In this document: in pieces, positions 1 through 8,091 of the stretch | How the letters are laid out: each line of letters opens with the position of its first letter | Position numbering within the stretch: position 1 is the first letter of the stretch | Origin: an uncultured Chloroflexia bacterium | GTDB taxonomy: Bacteria; Chloroflexota; Limnocylindria; Limnocylindrales; CSP1-4 | Reading direction: 5' to 3' | Assembly: GCA_963710105.1 (NCBI GenBank) | Contig: CAVPYV010000001.1 | Span: 1,039,032 to 1,103,031 of the forward strand | DNA length: 64,000 nucleotides | Notes under the pieces: generated by a model | Database searches by the model: none | The model's input: only the letters and a program-made list of their open reading frames with translations | What the model was told of the DNA's origin: nothing | Translations under genes and position numbers: made by a program

Positions 1-377
1 GGCAGGAAGACGATCGCCTTGATGATGGATTCGTAGCGGACCCGCATCGCGACGACCGCGATCAACAGCCCGAAGAAGATCACGAACGCCGTGTAGAAGA
101 TCAGCCACATGACGTTGTTGACGATCGAGCTGGTGAACGACGGCGTGTTGAGGAGCGAGATGTAGTTGTCGAGCCCGAGGAACCGGCTGAAGTTCCCGCC
201 GAGGCCGCGGTCGAGGCTCATCCGGAGCGTCGAGATCGTCGGATAGACGAGGAACACGAGGAGCAACAGGAGTGCCGGCGCGAGGAACAGGAGCACGGTC
301 ACCCAGCCCGTGCGCTCCATGCGCGGGCCGCGCCGCCCGGTCTTCGGGGGGTTGATCACGGCTGGCGTTGCCGTCAC
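1..377 (-). CDS. Sugar ABC transporter permease (MalF/UgpA type), 5' part only; continues past the window start
   Basis: My reverse translation of 1-320 gives MERTGWVTVLLFLAPALLLLLVFLVYPTISTLRMSLDRGLGGNFSRFLGLDNYISLLNTPSFTSSIVNNVMWLIFYTAFVIFFGLLIAVVAMRVRYESIIKAIVFLP, which reads as TM1, periplasmic loop and TM2 of a CUT1 permease. An in-frame GTG at 377 lies 9 nt after GGGAGGAGG (395-387, minus strand). The gene sits directly downstream of the binding-protein gene. Confidence 0.8.
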   Translation of the reverse strand, partial: MTATPAVINPPKTGRRGPRMERTGWVTVLLFLAPALLLLLVFLVYPTISTLRMSLDRGLGGNFSRFLGLDNYISLLNTPSFTSSIVNNVMWLIFYTAFVIFFGLLIAVVAMRVRYESIIKAIVFL

Positions 378-407
378 TGCTGCAGCCTCCTCCCGTCGGG
401 AACGTGT

Positions 408-440
408 GCGGCGCGGACGGGCCAGGCCCGTCCGCGCCGC
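408..440 (-). terminator. Intra-operon GC stem-loop between the binding-protein and permease genes (15-bp perfect stem, 3-nt loop)
   Basis: 408-422 gcggcgcggacgggc is the exact reverse complement of 426-440 gcccgtccgcgccgc. The hairpin starts 20 nt after the stop codon at 461-463. There is no U-tract. Confidence 0.5.
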
Positions 441-460
441 CGGTCGCTAGACCGCCGAGA

Positions 461-1804
461 TCACTTCTCGCCGGCCCACGCGGCCTGGACGCCGGTGTTG
501 AACGTCCCGAGCAGGCCCGCGAGGTCCTTGCCCTGGATCGCATCCTGGAGCATCGCCCCCATGTCGGGCGAGCCCGCCGGCAGCGTGTCGGAGCCGTCGT
601 AGACGACGCCGGAGGCGCCGGCCACCTGGGCCGCTTCCTTCTTGGCCAGCTCGTTCGGGTACGCGTCGGCGGCGACCGCCTTGACGGGCGAGATGATCGC
701 CCCGGTCTTCGCCCACGTCGTGCCCGAGTCGACGGTGGTCATGTACTGGATGAACTCCTTGACGCCCGGGTTGGTCGTCAGGGCGGCGATCTCGTCGCCG
801 CCGATCTCGGCGGCGTTGTCGCCACTGCCGCCGAAGGTCGGGAAGGGGAACCAGTCGATCTGCTCGCCGACCTTCAGGTCCTTGTTGACCTGGCCGGTGG
901 CGATGCCGCCGACGAAGCCACCCTCGTAGTACATGTCGGCCGTGGCGGTCGAGCCGAAGGCCTGGGCGATGCCGTCGGTGAAGGCCGCGCCGAGGGCGCC
1001 CTTGATCCCGCCGACGACGTACTTGTCGTTGAGGACCTCGTTCATCGTCGTGATCGCCGTGCTGACGGTCGCGTCGGTCCAGTCGCCGTCGGGGCTGAAC
1101 AGCTTGTTGTAGGCATCGGTGCCGTTCTGGCGGAGGTAGACCTCCTCGAACCAGTCGGTCAGCGTCCAGCTGTCCTTCGCGCCGAGCCCGAGCGGGGTCG
1201 CCGAGCCCTTCGACTTCAGGGTGTCGAGGGCGGCCTTCAGGTCGCTCCACGACGCCGGCACGCTCACGCCGGCCGCCGTCAGCTTGTCCGGGCGGTACCA
1301 GAACGTGCTCTTGCTGTTGAACTTGACCATGAGCCCGTAGAGCTCACCGTCGACCTTGCCCGGATCGAGGATGCCTGGCGGATAGTTGCCCTCGAGGCTC
1401 GCCGGGTCGATGCCGAGGTCGCTGATCTTCTTGATCCCGCCGGAGCGGGCGAACTGGCGCAGGAAGCCGAGGCCCGGCATGATCGCGACATCCGGCGGCG
1501 CGCCGCTCGTGATCTTGCTCTGGAGCACGGTCGCGTAGTCGGTCCGCTGGGCCTGGTAGGTCGCGGTGATTCCGGTCTTCGCCTTGAAGTCGTCGAGGAC
1601 CTTCTGGAAGGCTTCCTGCTCGCTGCCGCCCCACAGGGACGTGACGGTGATCTCGCCGCTGGTGACGGGCGAGCCGCCGGTTCCGGTCGACGCCGGGGGC
1701 GTCGATCCACCGCTCGTCGGGCTTGGCGTGGCACTGCTGCCGCACGCCGTCACGATCAACGCCGCCGCGATCGGCAGGGCCAGGAAACGCGGGAACTTGG
1801 CCAT
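461..1804 (-). CDS. Extracellular solute-binding lipoprotein of a CUT1-type sugar ABC transporter
   Basis: 447-aa ORF in the track. It has a signal peptide with a lipobox (ALIVTACGSS), an S/T/P/G linker and then a typical family-1 binding-protein body (ITVTSLWGGSEQEAFQKVLDDFKAKTGI...). A strong SD AAGGAGGAG lies at 1819-1811 (minus strand). GC3 is very high. Confidence 0.9.
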   Translation of the reverse strand: MAKFPRFLALPIAAALIVTACGSSATPSPTSGGSTPPASTGTGGSPVTSGEITVTSLWGGSEQEAFQKVLDDFKAKTGITATYQAQRTDYATVLQSKITSGAPPDVAIMPGLGFLRQFARSGGIKKISDLGIDPASLEGNYPPGILDPGKVDGELYGLMVKFNSKSTFWYRPDKLTAAGVSVPASWSDLKAALDTLKSKGSATPLGLGAKDSWTLTDWFEEVYLRQNGTDAYNKLFSPDGDWTDATVSTAITTMNEVLNDKYVVGGIKGALGAAFTDGIAQAFGSTATADMYYEGGFVGGIATGQVNKDLKVGEQIDWFPFPTFGGSGDNAAEIGGDEIAALTTNPGVKEFIQYMTTVDSGTTWAKTGAIISPVKAVAADAYPNELAKKEAAQVAGASGVVYDGSDTLPAGSPDMGAMLQDAIQGKDLAGLLGTFNTGVQAAWAGEK

Positions 1805-1884
1805 TGGCCTTCTCCTCCTTGCTGACGGTGCCGGCTGGCCGGCGTCAACCCTCGATCGCCTGGTCGAGGATCGTCAGACGAGTT

Positions 1885-1898
1885 CCCACACCTGTGGG
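1885..1898. promoter_or_regulatory. 14-nt palindrome CCCACAcc TGTGGG in the leader of the CUT1 operon (candidate operator)
   Basis: cccaca (1885-1890) and tgtggg (1893-1898) are exact reverse complements. The site is about 80 nt upstream of the binding-protein start codon. Confidence 0.3.
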
Positions 1899-2053
1899 TT
1901 GGCTGCCCGGCTGTCGCCGGGTCGATGTCGACGCGACTCGATCGTGCGGCGTCGAATCCCCCTGTCGCCAGTCGGAGCGATCCGATCCGGACAGGAAGCG
2001 GGTCCGCGGTGGATCGACACCGTCGCCGCGCCGGATCGAGTCATCCGGAGCCG

Positions 2054-2083
2054 AGACTAGCCGCGAATTCTCGGCCGTGTCAA
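2054..2083 (-). promoter_or_regulatory. Sigma70-like promoter TTGACA-N18-TAGTCT reading towards the CUT1 operon
   Basis: On the minus strand, TTGACA is at 2083-2078 and TAGTCT at 2059-2054, with an 18-nt spacer. This is one of the least GC-rich spots in the window. The -35 overlaps the near-palindrome TGTcAACGTTACA at 2078-2090. Confidence 0.4.
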
Positions 2084-2090
2084 CGTTACA
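2078..2090. promoter_or_regulatory. LacI/GalR-type operator-like near-palindrome TGTcAACGTTACA
   Basis: Without the extra C the site is the perfect palindrome TGTAACGTTACA, with the central CG typical of LacI-family boxes. It overlaps the -35 of the promoter above. Confidence 0.35.
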
Positions 2091-2145
2091 GCGACATCTA
2101 CGATCGGCTCCGGGCCGGCTCCGTTCGCTCCTGGGCGGGCTCGCG

Positions 2146-2157
2146 GTAATCGATTAC
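2146..2157. promoter_or_regulatory. LacI/GalR-type operator: perfect 12-nt palindrome GTAATCGATTAC
   Basis: The sequence at 2146-2157 is self-complementary and fits the family pattern G-W-A-A-N-CG-N-T-T-W-C. It lies between the GH38 stop (2193) and the promoter at 2054-2083. Confidence 0.45.
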
Positions 2158-2192
2158 GGCCCGGCGGGCCCGGGGCCGCCGGCGGCGGGCGA

Positions 2193-4976
2193 CTAGTTCG
2201 GAACGGTCCGGAGCCGGATCGTCCGGATCTCCCACGCGGCGAGCGGCAGCCGCAGCGATCCGTCCGCCTCGACGCCGCGCGGGTCCCCCGGCCGGCCCAG
2301 GAGGTCGACGTCGCGGGCAGCCGAGATCGCGGGCCCGGAGATGATCGCCACGGTCGGCGCCGCGGTCTTCGCGACGAGCCGCAGCTCGAGCTCGTCGCCG
2401 AAGCGGCGGAGCGCCGAGAGGACGACGCCGCGACCCTCGATGCGCAGGCCGCCGGACGCGCGCGCGCCGTCGCCACCCGGTGCCCGGTCCGGCGCGGCGT
2501 CCGGGCCGCGGCCGGCGGCCGTGACGAAGGGCAGCTGGTAGGCCTCGGCGGCCGCGAGCACCCCGTCGTCCTCCCACGAGCCCGGATGCGGCAGGACGGC
2601 GAACGTGAACCGCCACGGGCCGACCATCTGGGCGGCCGGGACGGGGACCTCGGGTCCGGCCGGGTCCTCGCGGAACGGGTTGTCGTTGCGGCTGATGAAT
2701 CCGGTCGAGCGAAGGATGGTCAGGGCGAGCTCGCGCCCGTCCACGAGCTCGTACTCCGTGACGTGGTCGAGGAGGACCGTCGCACCCGCCACGTGGACGA
2801 ACCCGTGGGCGGGAAAGGTCGGGGTCGGGACCTCGCCGTGCCCCGCCTCCTCGGTCAGGCCGCGCTCGACGACCGCGAACTGGCCCTCCGCGGCCGAGCG
2901 GTCCGTCGCGGCCGGCAGCGGCAGGTGCCAGCGGACGCGATGGTCCCGGGCGGGGTTGGCGAACTCGATCGTGAAGCGCACGAACGGCTCGCCGGTTCGG
3001 AGCTCGATCGTCGTCGTGACCTCGGCCGGCGTCGTCTCGGCGTGGCGGGCCGAACCGTCCCGGGCCAGGCCGATCGGCCAGTCGTAGCGGCTCACGACGT
3101 CGAGCGAGCCGCGGACCGGGCCGGAGGCGCGCGGTGCCACGACGACGATCGCCGGGCGGTCGACGATCCGGTCGTCGGCCGGCGGCCCGTAGTTGTAGGT
3201 GTCGCCGTAGTCGCCGCCGTCGACGATCCGGCCGGCGCCCGCGAGCCGGACGCCGCCGCCGTCGATCGTGAGCGAGCCGTCGTCGGCGACCGAGACGGAG
3301 ACGAGGCCGTTCGCGATCGAGCGCTCCCCGATCACGACGCCATCCGAATCCGGATCGCGCGGACCGGCCTCGACGGGGCGGACGGTCACGGCGCCGAGGG
3401 CCGGGACGGGGATCGCCGCGGCGAGGCTGCGCCGGTCGCCGCGCACGACCGTCACGTCCCAGGTCTCGTCGGGCTCGCGGGCGACGGCCGCGGCGACCGC
3501 GTCGAGGATCGTGTCGACGTCGAAGTCGGCGGTCGCCGCCGGGTCGTCGACGAGCAGGACGAGGTGCGGCTCGAGGCCGTCCCGCTCGATCAGGTGCCCG
3601 TCGAGCGAGTGGCCGAAGAGCTCCCGGCCGTGGAGCCGGCGGGCGAACAGCTCCGGAACCTGGCGACCCGTCAGCCGCAGCCGGCGGAGGACGGTCTCCG
3701 GCCGCTCGACGAGCTGGGTCGGGACCCGCCGGCCATCGCCGAGGTCGAGCTCGACCGCCTCCCAGGCCGCCGGCACGGCGAGATCGAGCTCGACGACGTC
3801 GGCCCGATCCTGCGGCGATGGGTTGGCGATCACCACGCTGCCCCGTGGCGCGGCCTCGGCCAGCGGCCGGACGGCGGCCGCGACGATGCCCCGCCCGATC
3901 TGCTCGGCCTCCGCGAAGCGGGTCAGGACCTGGCTCACGACCGCGTCCTGCGAGCAGCCGCAGATCGAGTCGTGGGCGGAGTTGTCGACCATCCGGCGCC
4001 AGGCCAGCTCGAGGAGGCGGTCGGGCCAGGCCCTGCCGTGGAGCGCCGCCAGCGGCTCCGCGTAGCGCTCCAGGACGCGCTCGCTGCGGCCGGCCGCGAC
4101 CTTGATGTCGATGCGGGCCGAGGTGACGTTCATCAGCATGTTCGCCCGGGCCGCCGACCGCAGCTCGCCGGTCCAGGTCGGGGCGATGGCCGGGTCCGGC
4201 TGGGCGGGGTCGGCGACGGCCGCGTCGAAGGCCCCGATGTAGGTGCTGAGCGTCTCGATCCGGACCGTGATGTCGTCGCGCCGGCCGTTCGCGTCGGCCA
4301 CGATCTCGGCCAGCCGCGGCGAGGGAACGGCGTGATCGGTGCCGTACATCGCGAGGATCGAGCGGTCGCCGTAGAAGGCCCGGCTCGCCTCCACGTAGCG
4401 GGCGACCTTGTCGGCGAGGCGGTCCGGGATCGCCAGGAGGTAGGCGCCGTTGCCGTAGCCGCCGACGAGGTACTCGGCCCGTACCGACGAGCCGTCCGGC
4501 GCGCGCCAGGTGAACGCGTGGCGGTCGATCGCGGCCGGCACGCCGCGCCAGACGACGGCGTGGCGGATCCCCGCCCGGCGCAGGATCTGCGGCATCTGGG
4601 CGATGTGGCCGAACATGTCGGGGAGGTAGCCGACGGGCATGGCCGCGCCGAGCGCCTCGGCGGCGTGCCAGCCGATCTCGAGGTTGCGGACGATCGTCTC
4701 GCCGGACACGAGGAACTCGTCCATCAGGATCTGCCACGGCCCGATCGCCAGCCGGCCCTCGGCGATCAGCCGGACGATCCGCTCGCGGCCGGCCGGCCGG
4801 ACCTCGAGGTAGTCGTCGACCGTGGCGACCTGGCCGTCGAGGGTGAAGGCCAGCCGCGGATCGGCCTCCATCGAGTCGAGGAGCTCGTCGACGAGCTCGA
4901 CGAGCCGCATCCGGAAGACCTGGAACGGCTCGTACCACTCGCGATCCCAGTGGGTGTGCGGGACGAGATGGATGAT
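2193..4976 (-). CDS. GH38 alpha-mannosidase (mannosylglycerate-hydrolase-like); start codon unresolved
   Basis: The 905-aa track ORF (2193..4910) carries GH38 hallmarks (GPWQILMDEFLVSGETIVRNLEIG, YLPDMFGH, WRGVP). The GH38 N-terminal metal motif HLVPHTHWDREW is encoded at 4970-4935, upstream of the first ATG. No ATG, GTG or TTG lies upstream of it before the in-frame TGA at 5031-5033. ATC ATC at 4976-4971 is the best start candidate. Confidence 0.85.
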   Translation of the reverse strand: MIHLVPHTHWDREWYEPFQVFRMRLVELVDELLDSMEADPRLAFTLDGQVATVDDYLEVRPAGRERIVRLIAEGRLAIGPWQILMDEFLVSGETIVRNLEIGWHAAEALGAAMPVGYLPDMFGHIAQMPQILRRAGIRHAVVWRGVPAAIDRHAFTWRAPDGSSVRAEYLVGGYGNGAYLLAIPDRLADKVARYVEASRAFYGDRSILAMYGTDHAVPSPRLAEIVADANGRRDDITVRIETLSTYIGAFDAAVADPAQPDPAIAPTWTGELRSAARANMLMNVTSARIDIKVAAGRSERVLERYAEPLAALHGRAWPDRLLELAWRRMVDNSAHDSICGCSQDAVVSQVLTRFAEAEQIGRGIVAAAVRPLAEAAPRGSVVIANPSPQDRADVVELDLAVPAAWEAVELDLGDGRRVPTQLVERPETVLRRLRLTGRQVPELFARRLHGRELFGHSLDGHLIERDGLEPHLVLLVDDPAATADFDVDTILDAVAAAVAREPDETWDVTVVRGDRRSLAAAIPVPALGAVTVRPVEAGPRDPDSDGVVIGERSIANGLVSVSVADDGSLTIDGGGVRLAGAGRIVDGGDYGDTYNYGPPADDRIVDRPAIVVVAPRASGPVRGSLDVVSRYDWPIGLARDGSARHAETTPAEVTTTIELRTGEPFVRFTIEFANPARDHRVRWHLPLPAATDRSAAEGQFAVVERGLTEEAGHGEVPTPTFPAHGFVHVAGATVLLDHVTEYELVDGRELALTILRSTGFISRNDNPFREDPAGPEVPVPAAQMVGPWRFTFAVLPHPGSWEDDGVLAAAEAYQLPFVTAAGRGPDAAPDRAPGGDGARASGGLRIEGRGVVLSALRRFGDELELRLVAKTAAPTVAIISGPAISAARDVDLLGRPGDPRGVEADGSLRLPLAAWEIRTIRLRTVPN

Positions 4977-5030
4977 CGCCGGGCCGCTCGACTCGGGCCG
5001 GCGGGGACGCGCCGGCCGTCGCGTCCCGGC

Positions 5031-6197
5031 TCACGCGCCCGCCTCGCCGCCGATCGCGACGCCCTGGCGGTGGGCCCACCAGGCGGCGATCCGCTGGCAG
5101 GTCACGAGGTCCGTCCGGCCGTCGGCGATGCCCGTCCGCGGCGCCTCGCCGGCGCGGACGACGCGGGCGAAGGCGAGGAGCTCGCGCTCGAACGCCTCCT
5201 CGATCGAATCGAAGACGATCCGCCGGCGCGTCTCGGAGCCTCCGGTCGAGACGGTCAGCAGCGTCGGCTCGTGGAGCCGGTACGGCGCCGGGAAGGACAG
5301 CTCGAGGGATCCCCCGCGGTGATGGAAGCGGACGTCCTCGCGATAGGCCGGGTAGGCGTCGAGGTAGTGCCAGCCGATCGTCACGCGAACGCCACCGGGG
5401 AGCCGGCCCGCGATCGCGACCGACGGCGGCCAGGCGCCGTCGGGCCAGACGTCCACATGATCGACCGCGAGCGGGCCCGCCTCGCCGGTGACGGACCGGA
5501 TGACCGACAACTCGTGGACGATGCTGCCGAGAAGGAGGTTGGTGTAGAGGCGCCCGACCGGTCCGCCCGCGGCCGGGCCGAGGGCCGTCTCGACGAGGCC
5601 GGCCGACGCCCGGCCGAGGGCCGCCAGGACGGCCGGGTCGGCGTCGTCGGCGGGCGGCGCCAGGTGGGCGAAGGCGAGCTGCGACTCGCTCGTCGGGTGG
5701 AGGACGGTCACCTCGATCGCGCGGAGCTCGGCGAGCTCCGGCGTGGCCCCGGCCGCGTGCCGGCGAGCCTCCTCGACGGCCGGGTCGAAGGCCTTCATGT
5801 AGCCGAGCAGCAGGCGGTTCGCGTTCGGCGAGGCGGCGAGCCGGTCGGCCTCGCCGAGGGTGGTGGCCAGCGGCTTCTCGCAGAGGACGGCGAGGCCGGC
5901 GTCGAGTGCGGCGAGCGCCGCGCCGCCGTGCGACCCCGACGTGAGGAGGATCAGGGCGTCCAGCTCGGCAACCCCGAGCAGCCCATCCACGCTCGACGCC
6001 CGGGCGGCCTCCGGCACGCCGTACCGATCGCCGATCCGGGCCAGCAGGGAGGGGGAGAGGTCGGCGATCGCCGCGATCTCGAAGGTGGCGTCGAGCCGGG
6101 CGAGGAGCGGCAGGTGGACGGCCTGGGCGACGGCGCCGAGCCCGGCGACGCCGACGCGGATCCGGTCGCCGCCGCGATGGGGGGTCGGAGACGTCAT
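5031..6197 (-). CDS. Gfo/Idh/MocA family NAD(P)-dependent oxidoreductase
   Basis: 388-aa ORF with an N-terminal Rossmann motif (IRVGVAGLGAVAQAVHLPLL) and the EKP motif (VLCEKPLA). Confidence 0.85.
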   Translation of the reverse strand: MTSPTPHRGGDRIRVGVAGLGAVAQAVHLPLLARLDATFEIAAIADLSPSLLARIGDRYGVPEAARASSVDGLLGVAELDALILLTSGSHGGAALAALDAGLAVLCEKPLATTLGEADRLAASPNANRLLLGYMKAFDPAVEEARRHAAGATPELAELRAIEVTVLHPTSESQLAFAHLAPPADDADPAVLAALGRASAGLVETALGPAAGGPVGRLYTNLLLGSIVHELSVIRSVTGEAGPLAVDHVDVWPDGAWPPSVAIAGRLPGGVRVTIGWHYLDAYPAYREDVRFHHRGGSLELSFPAPYRLHEPTLLTVSTGGSETRRRIVFDSIEEAFERELLAFARVVRAGEAPRTGIADGRTDLVTCQRIAAWWAHRQGVAIGGEAGA

Positions 6198-6205
6198 CGC
6201 TGGCG

Positions 6206-6214
6206 AGGATAGCA
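6206..6214 (-). promoter_or_regulatory. Extended -10 (TGcTATCCT, minus strand) 8 nt upstream of the oxidoreductase ATG; leaderless-type promoter
   Basis: The reverse complement of 6206-6214 (aggatagca) is TGCTATCCT. The ATG is at 6197-6195 and there is no SD between them. Confidence 0.4.
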
Positions 6215-6243
6215 GCGCCGCCGGGGCCTGCCTGCCCGCCCGG

Positions 6244-6273
6244 TTGACCCTCGTCGAGCCGCTCCGCCAGACT
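6244..6273 (+). promoter_or_regulatory. Promoter TTGACC-N18-CAGACT ending 6 nt before the GH13 ATG; leaderless-type
   Basis: TTGACC is at 6244-6249, CAGACT at 6268-6273 and the ATG at 6280. No SD is present. Confidence 0.4.
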
Positions 6274-6279
6274 GGCGCG

Positions 6280-7944
6280 ATGACCGACCAGCCACCGCTC
6301 GCGACGCCGCCCGCCGACTGGCGCGACGGCGTCGTCTACCAGATCTATCCGCGGAGCTTCGCCGACCACGATGGCGACGGGACGGGCGACCTGGCGGGGA
6401 TCCTCGACCATCTCGACCACTTCGGGCCGGACGCCCTCCCGATCGACGCGATCTGGCTGTCCCCGATCTTCCCGTCGCCGGGTCGCGACCTCGGCTACGA
6501 CGTGAGCGATCACACGAGCGTCGACCCGCTGCTCGGCAGTGAGGCCGACTTCGACCGCCTCGTGGCTGCCTGCCACGACCGCGGGATCAAGGTGATCCTC
6601 GACCTCGTGATGAACCACACCAGCGATGAGCACCCCTGGTTCGTCGCCTCGAAGGCATCGCGCGAGGGGCCGTACGCCGACTACTACCTGTGGCGCGACC
6701 CGCGCGGCCGGGACGCAGCGGGCAACCCGCTCCCGCCGAACAACTGGGTGTCGTTCTTCGGCGGGCCGGGCTGGGAGTGGGTCCCGGAGCGGCAGCAGTT
6801 CTACTACCACACGTTCCTCGTCGGGCAGCCGGAGCTGAACTGGCGCAACCCGGCCGTCGAGGCCGCCCAGTGGGACATGGTCCGCGGCTGGCTCGCCCGC
6901 GGCGTCGACGGGTTCCGGCTCGACGTCTTCAACGCCTTCCTCAAGGACGTCGACCTCCGCGACAACCCGGTGATCGAGGGAACCTCCGCCTGGAGCCGCC
7001 TCGAGCACCGCTACGACCTGGACCACGCCGAGTTCGCCGACCTGATCGAGCGGTTCCGGGCGATTCTCGACGAGCAGCCCGGCCGGATGTCGGTCGGCGA
7101 GCTCTTCTCCGGCGGGACCCCGGCCGCCGCCAGGTACACCCGCGGCCGGCACATCGTCTTCGACTGGTCCCTGATGGAGTCGCCCTGGACGGCGGCCGCG
7201 TTCGCCGCCGGGATCGACCTCCGCGAGCAGGCCTACGGCCCCGACCGCTGGCCGACGGTGGCGCTGTCGAACCACGACCGCGAGCGCCAGGCGACCCGCC
7301 TCCCGGCCTCGGTCGGCCGGGACCGCGATCCGGACCGCGACGCGATCGCCCGTGCTGCCGCGGTCGTCGTCCTCGCCCTGCGCGGCGCGCCGTTCCTCTA
7401 CTACGGTGAGGAGATCGGAATGACCGACGTCGACATCCCGCGCGACGAGATCGTCGATCCGCCGGCGCTCCGGGCGGGCCCCGACTTCCCGTGGTACGAC
7501 CGGTCGCGCTGCCGGACGCCGATGCAGTGGACGGCCGGCGCCGGCGCCGGCTTCACGACGGGCCGACCGTGGCTCCGCCTGGCGGCGGACGCGGATCGGC
7601 GGAACGTGGCGGCCGAGTCGGCGGATCCCAATTCCGTCTTCGCGACCTACCGCCGGCTCCTGGCCTTCCGGGCGACCGCGAGCGCCCTCCGGACGGGGTC
7701 GATGGAGCGGCTCGACAGCGGCGACCCGGACGTGCTGGCCTGGGTCCGCGAGGCGGACGGGCAGCGGCTCCTCGTCGTGGTCAGCTTCGTCCGGGAGCCG
7801 CGGTCCATCGCGACCGCGTCGCTCGGCGGCGGCCGCTGGTCCCCCCGCGTCGGCAGCTATCGTGAGCCGGCCGGGCCCGATGCCGACGGCGTCCTCCACC
7901 TTCGGCCCGACGAGGCCGTGATCCTGGAGGCCGCTCCGGGCTGA
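6280..7944 (+). CDS. GH13 alpha-glucosidase / oligo-1,6-glucosidase family protein
   Basis: This is the in-frame tail of track ORF 5860..7944, starting at the ATG at 6280. GH13 regions are present: VVYQIYPRSFADHDGDGTGDL, DAIWLSPIF, KVILDLVMNHTS, DGFRLDV, YYGEEIGM, LSNHD. Confidence 0.9.
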   Translation: MTDQPPLATPPADWRDGVVYQIYPRSFADHDGDGTGDLAGILDHLDHFGPDALPIDAIWLSPIFPSPGRDLGYDVSDHTSVDPLLGSEADFDRLVAACHDRGIKVILDLVMNHTSDEHPWFVASKASREGPYADYYLWRDPRGRDAAGNPLPPNNWVSFFGGPGWEWVPERQQFYYHTFLVGQPELNWRNPAVEAAQWDMVRGWLARGVDGFRLDVFNAFLKDVDLRDNPVIEGTSAWSRLEHRYDLDHAEFADLIERFRAILDEQPGRMSVGELFSGGTPAAARYTRGRHIVFDWSLMESPWTAAAFAAGIDLREQAYGPDRWPTVALSNHDRERQATRLPASVGRDRDPDRDAIARAAAVVVLALRGAPFLYYGEEIGMTDVDIPRDEIVDPPALRAGPDFPWYDRSRCRTPMQWTAGAGAGFTTGRPWLRLAADADRRNVAAESADPNSVFATYRRLLAFRATASALRTGSMERLDSGDPDVLAWVREADGQRLLVVVSFVREPRSIATASLGGGRWSPRVGSYREPAGPDADGVLHLRPDEAVILEAAPG

Positions 7945-8044
7945 CCCGGGTCGGCTCGGTTCGGGCTGGCCCGAAGGGCGGCCGCCGCGCCATCCGGCCG
8001 GGCCGGCTCGAACGAACGTCCCCTGACGGGCGCGCGTGCGCCGC

Positions 8045-8053
8045 TGCTACCAT
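8045..8053 (+). promoter_or_regulatory. Extended -10-like TGcTACCAT upstream of the 8092 gene
   Basis: TGCTACCAT is at 8045-8053. GGAG at 8081-8084 lies 7 nt before the GTG at 8092. Confidence 0.3.
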
Positions 8054-8091
8054 GGGCCGCGTCCGGACTCTCGACCAATCGGAGCCACGTC

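Noticed and set aside
1875-2044. 56-codon ORF (MTRSGAATVSIHRGPASCPD...) starting 9 nt after the TAGTCT -10 box, which would fit the leaderless pattern
   Set aside because: 17 of its 56 codons end in A/T, far below the GC3 of genuine genes here. The product is Arg-rich with no hydrophobic core. I treat the region as an untranslated leader.
2098-7899. 1933-aa ORF on the minus strand, the longest in the track
   Set aside because: The translation is almost entirely Arg/Pro/Gly/Ala/Asp low complexity. It runs antisense or out of frame to four genes with clear family motifs (GH38, oxidoreductase, GH13). This is the stop-codon-poor artefact expected at this GC content.
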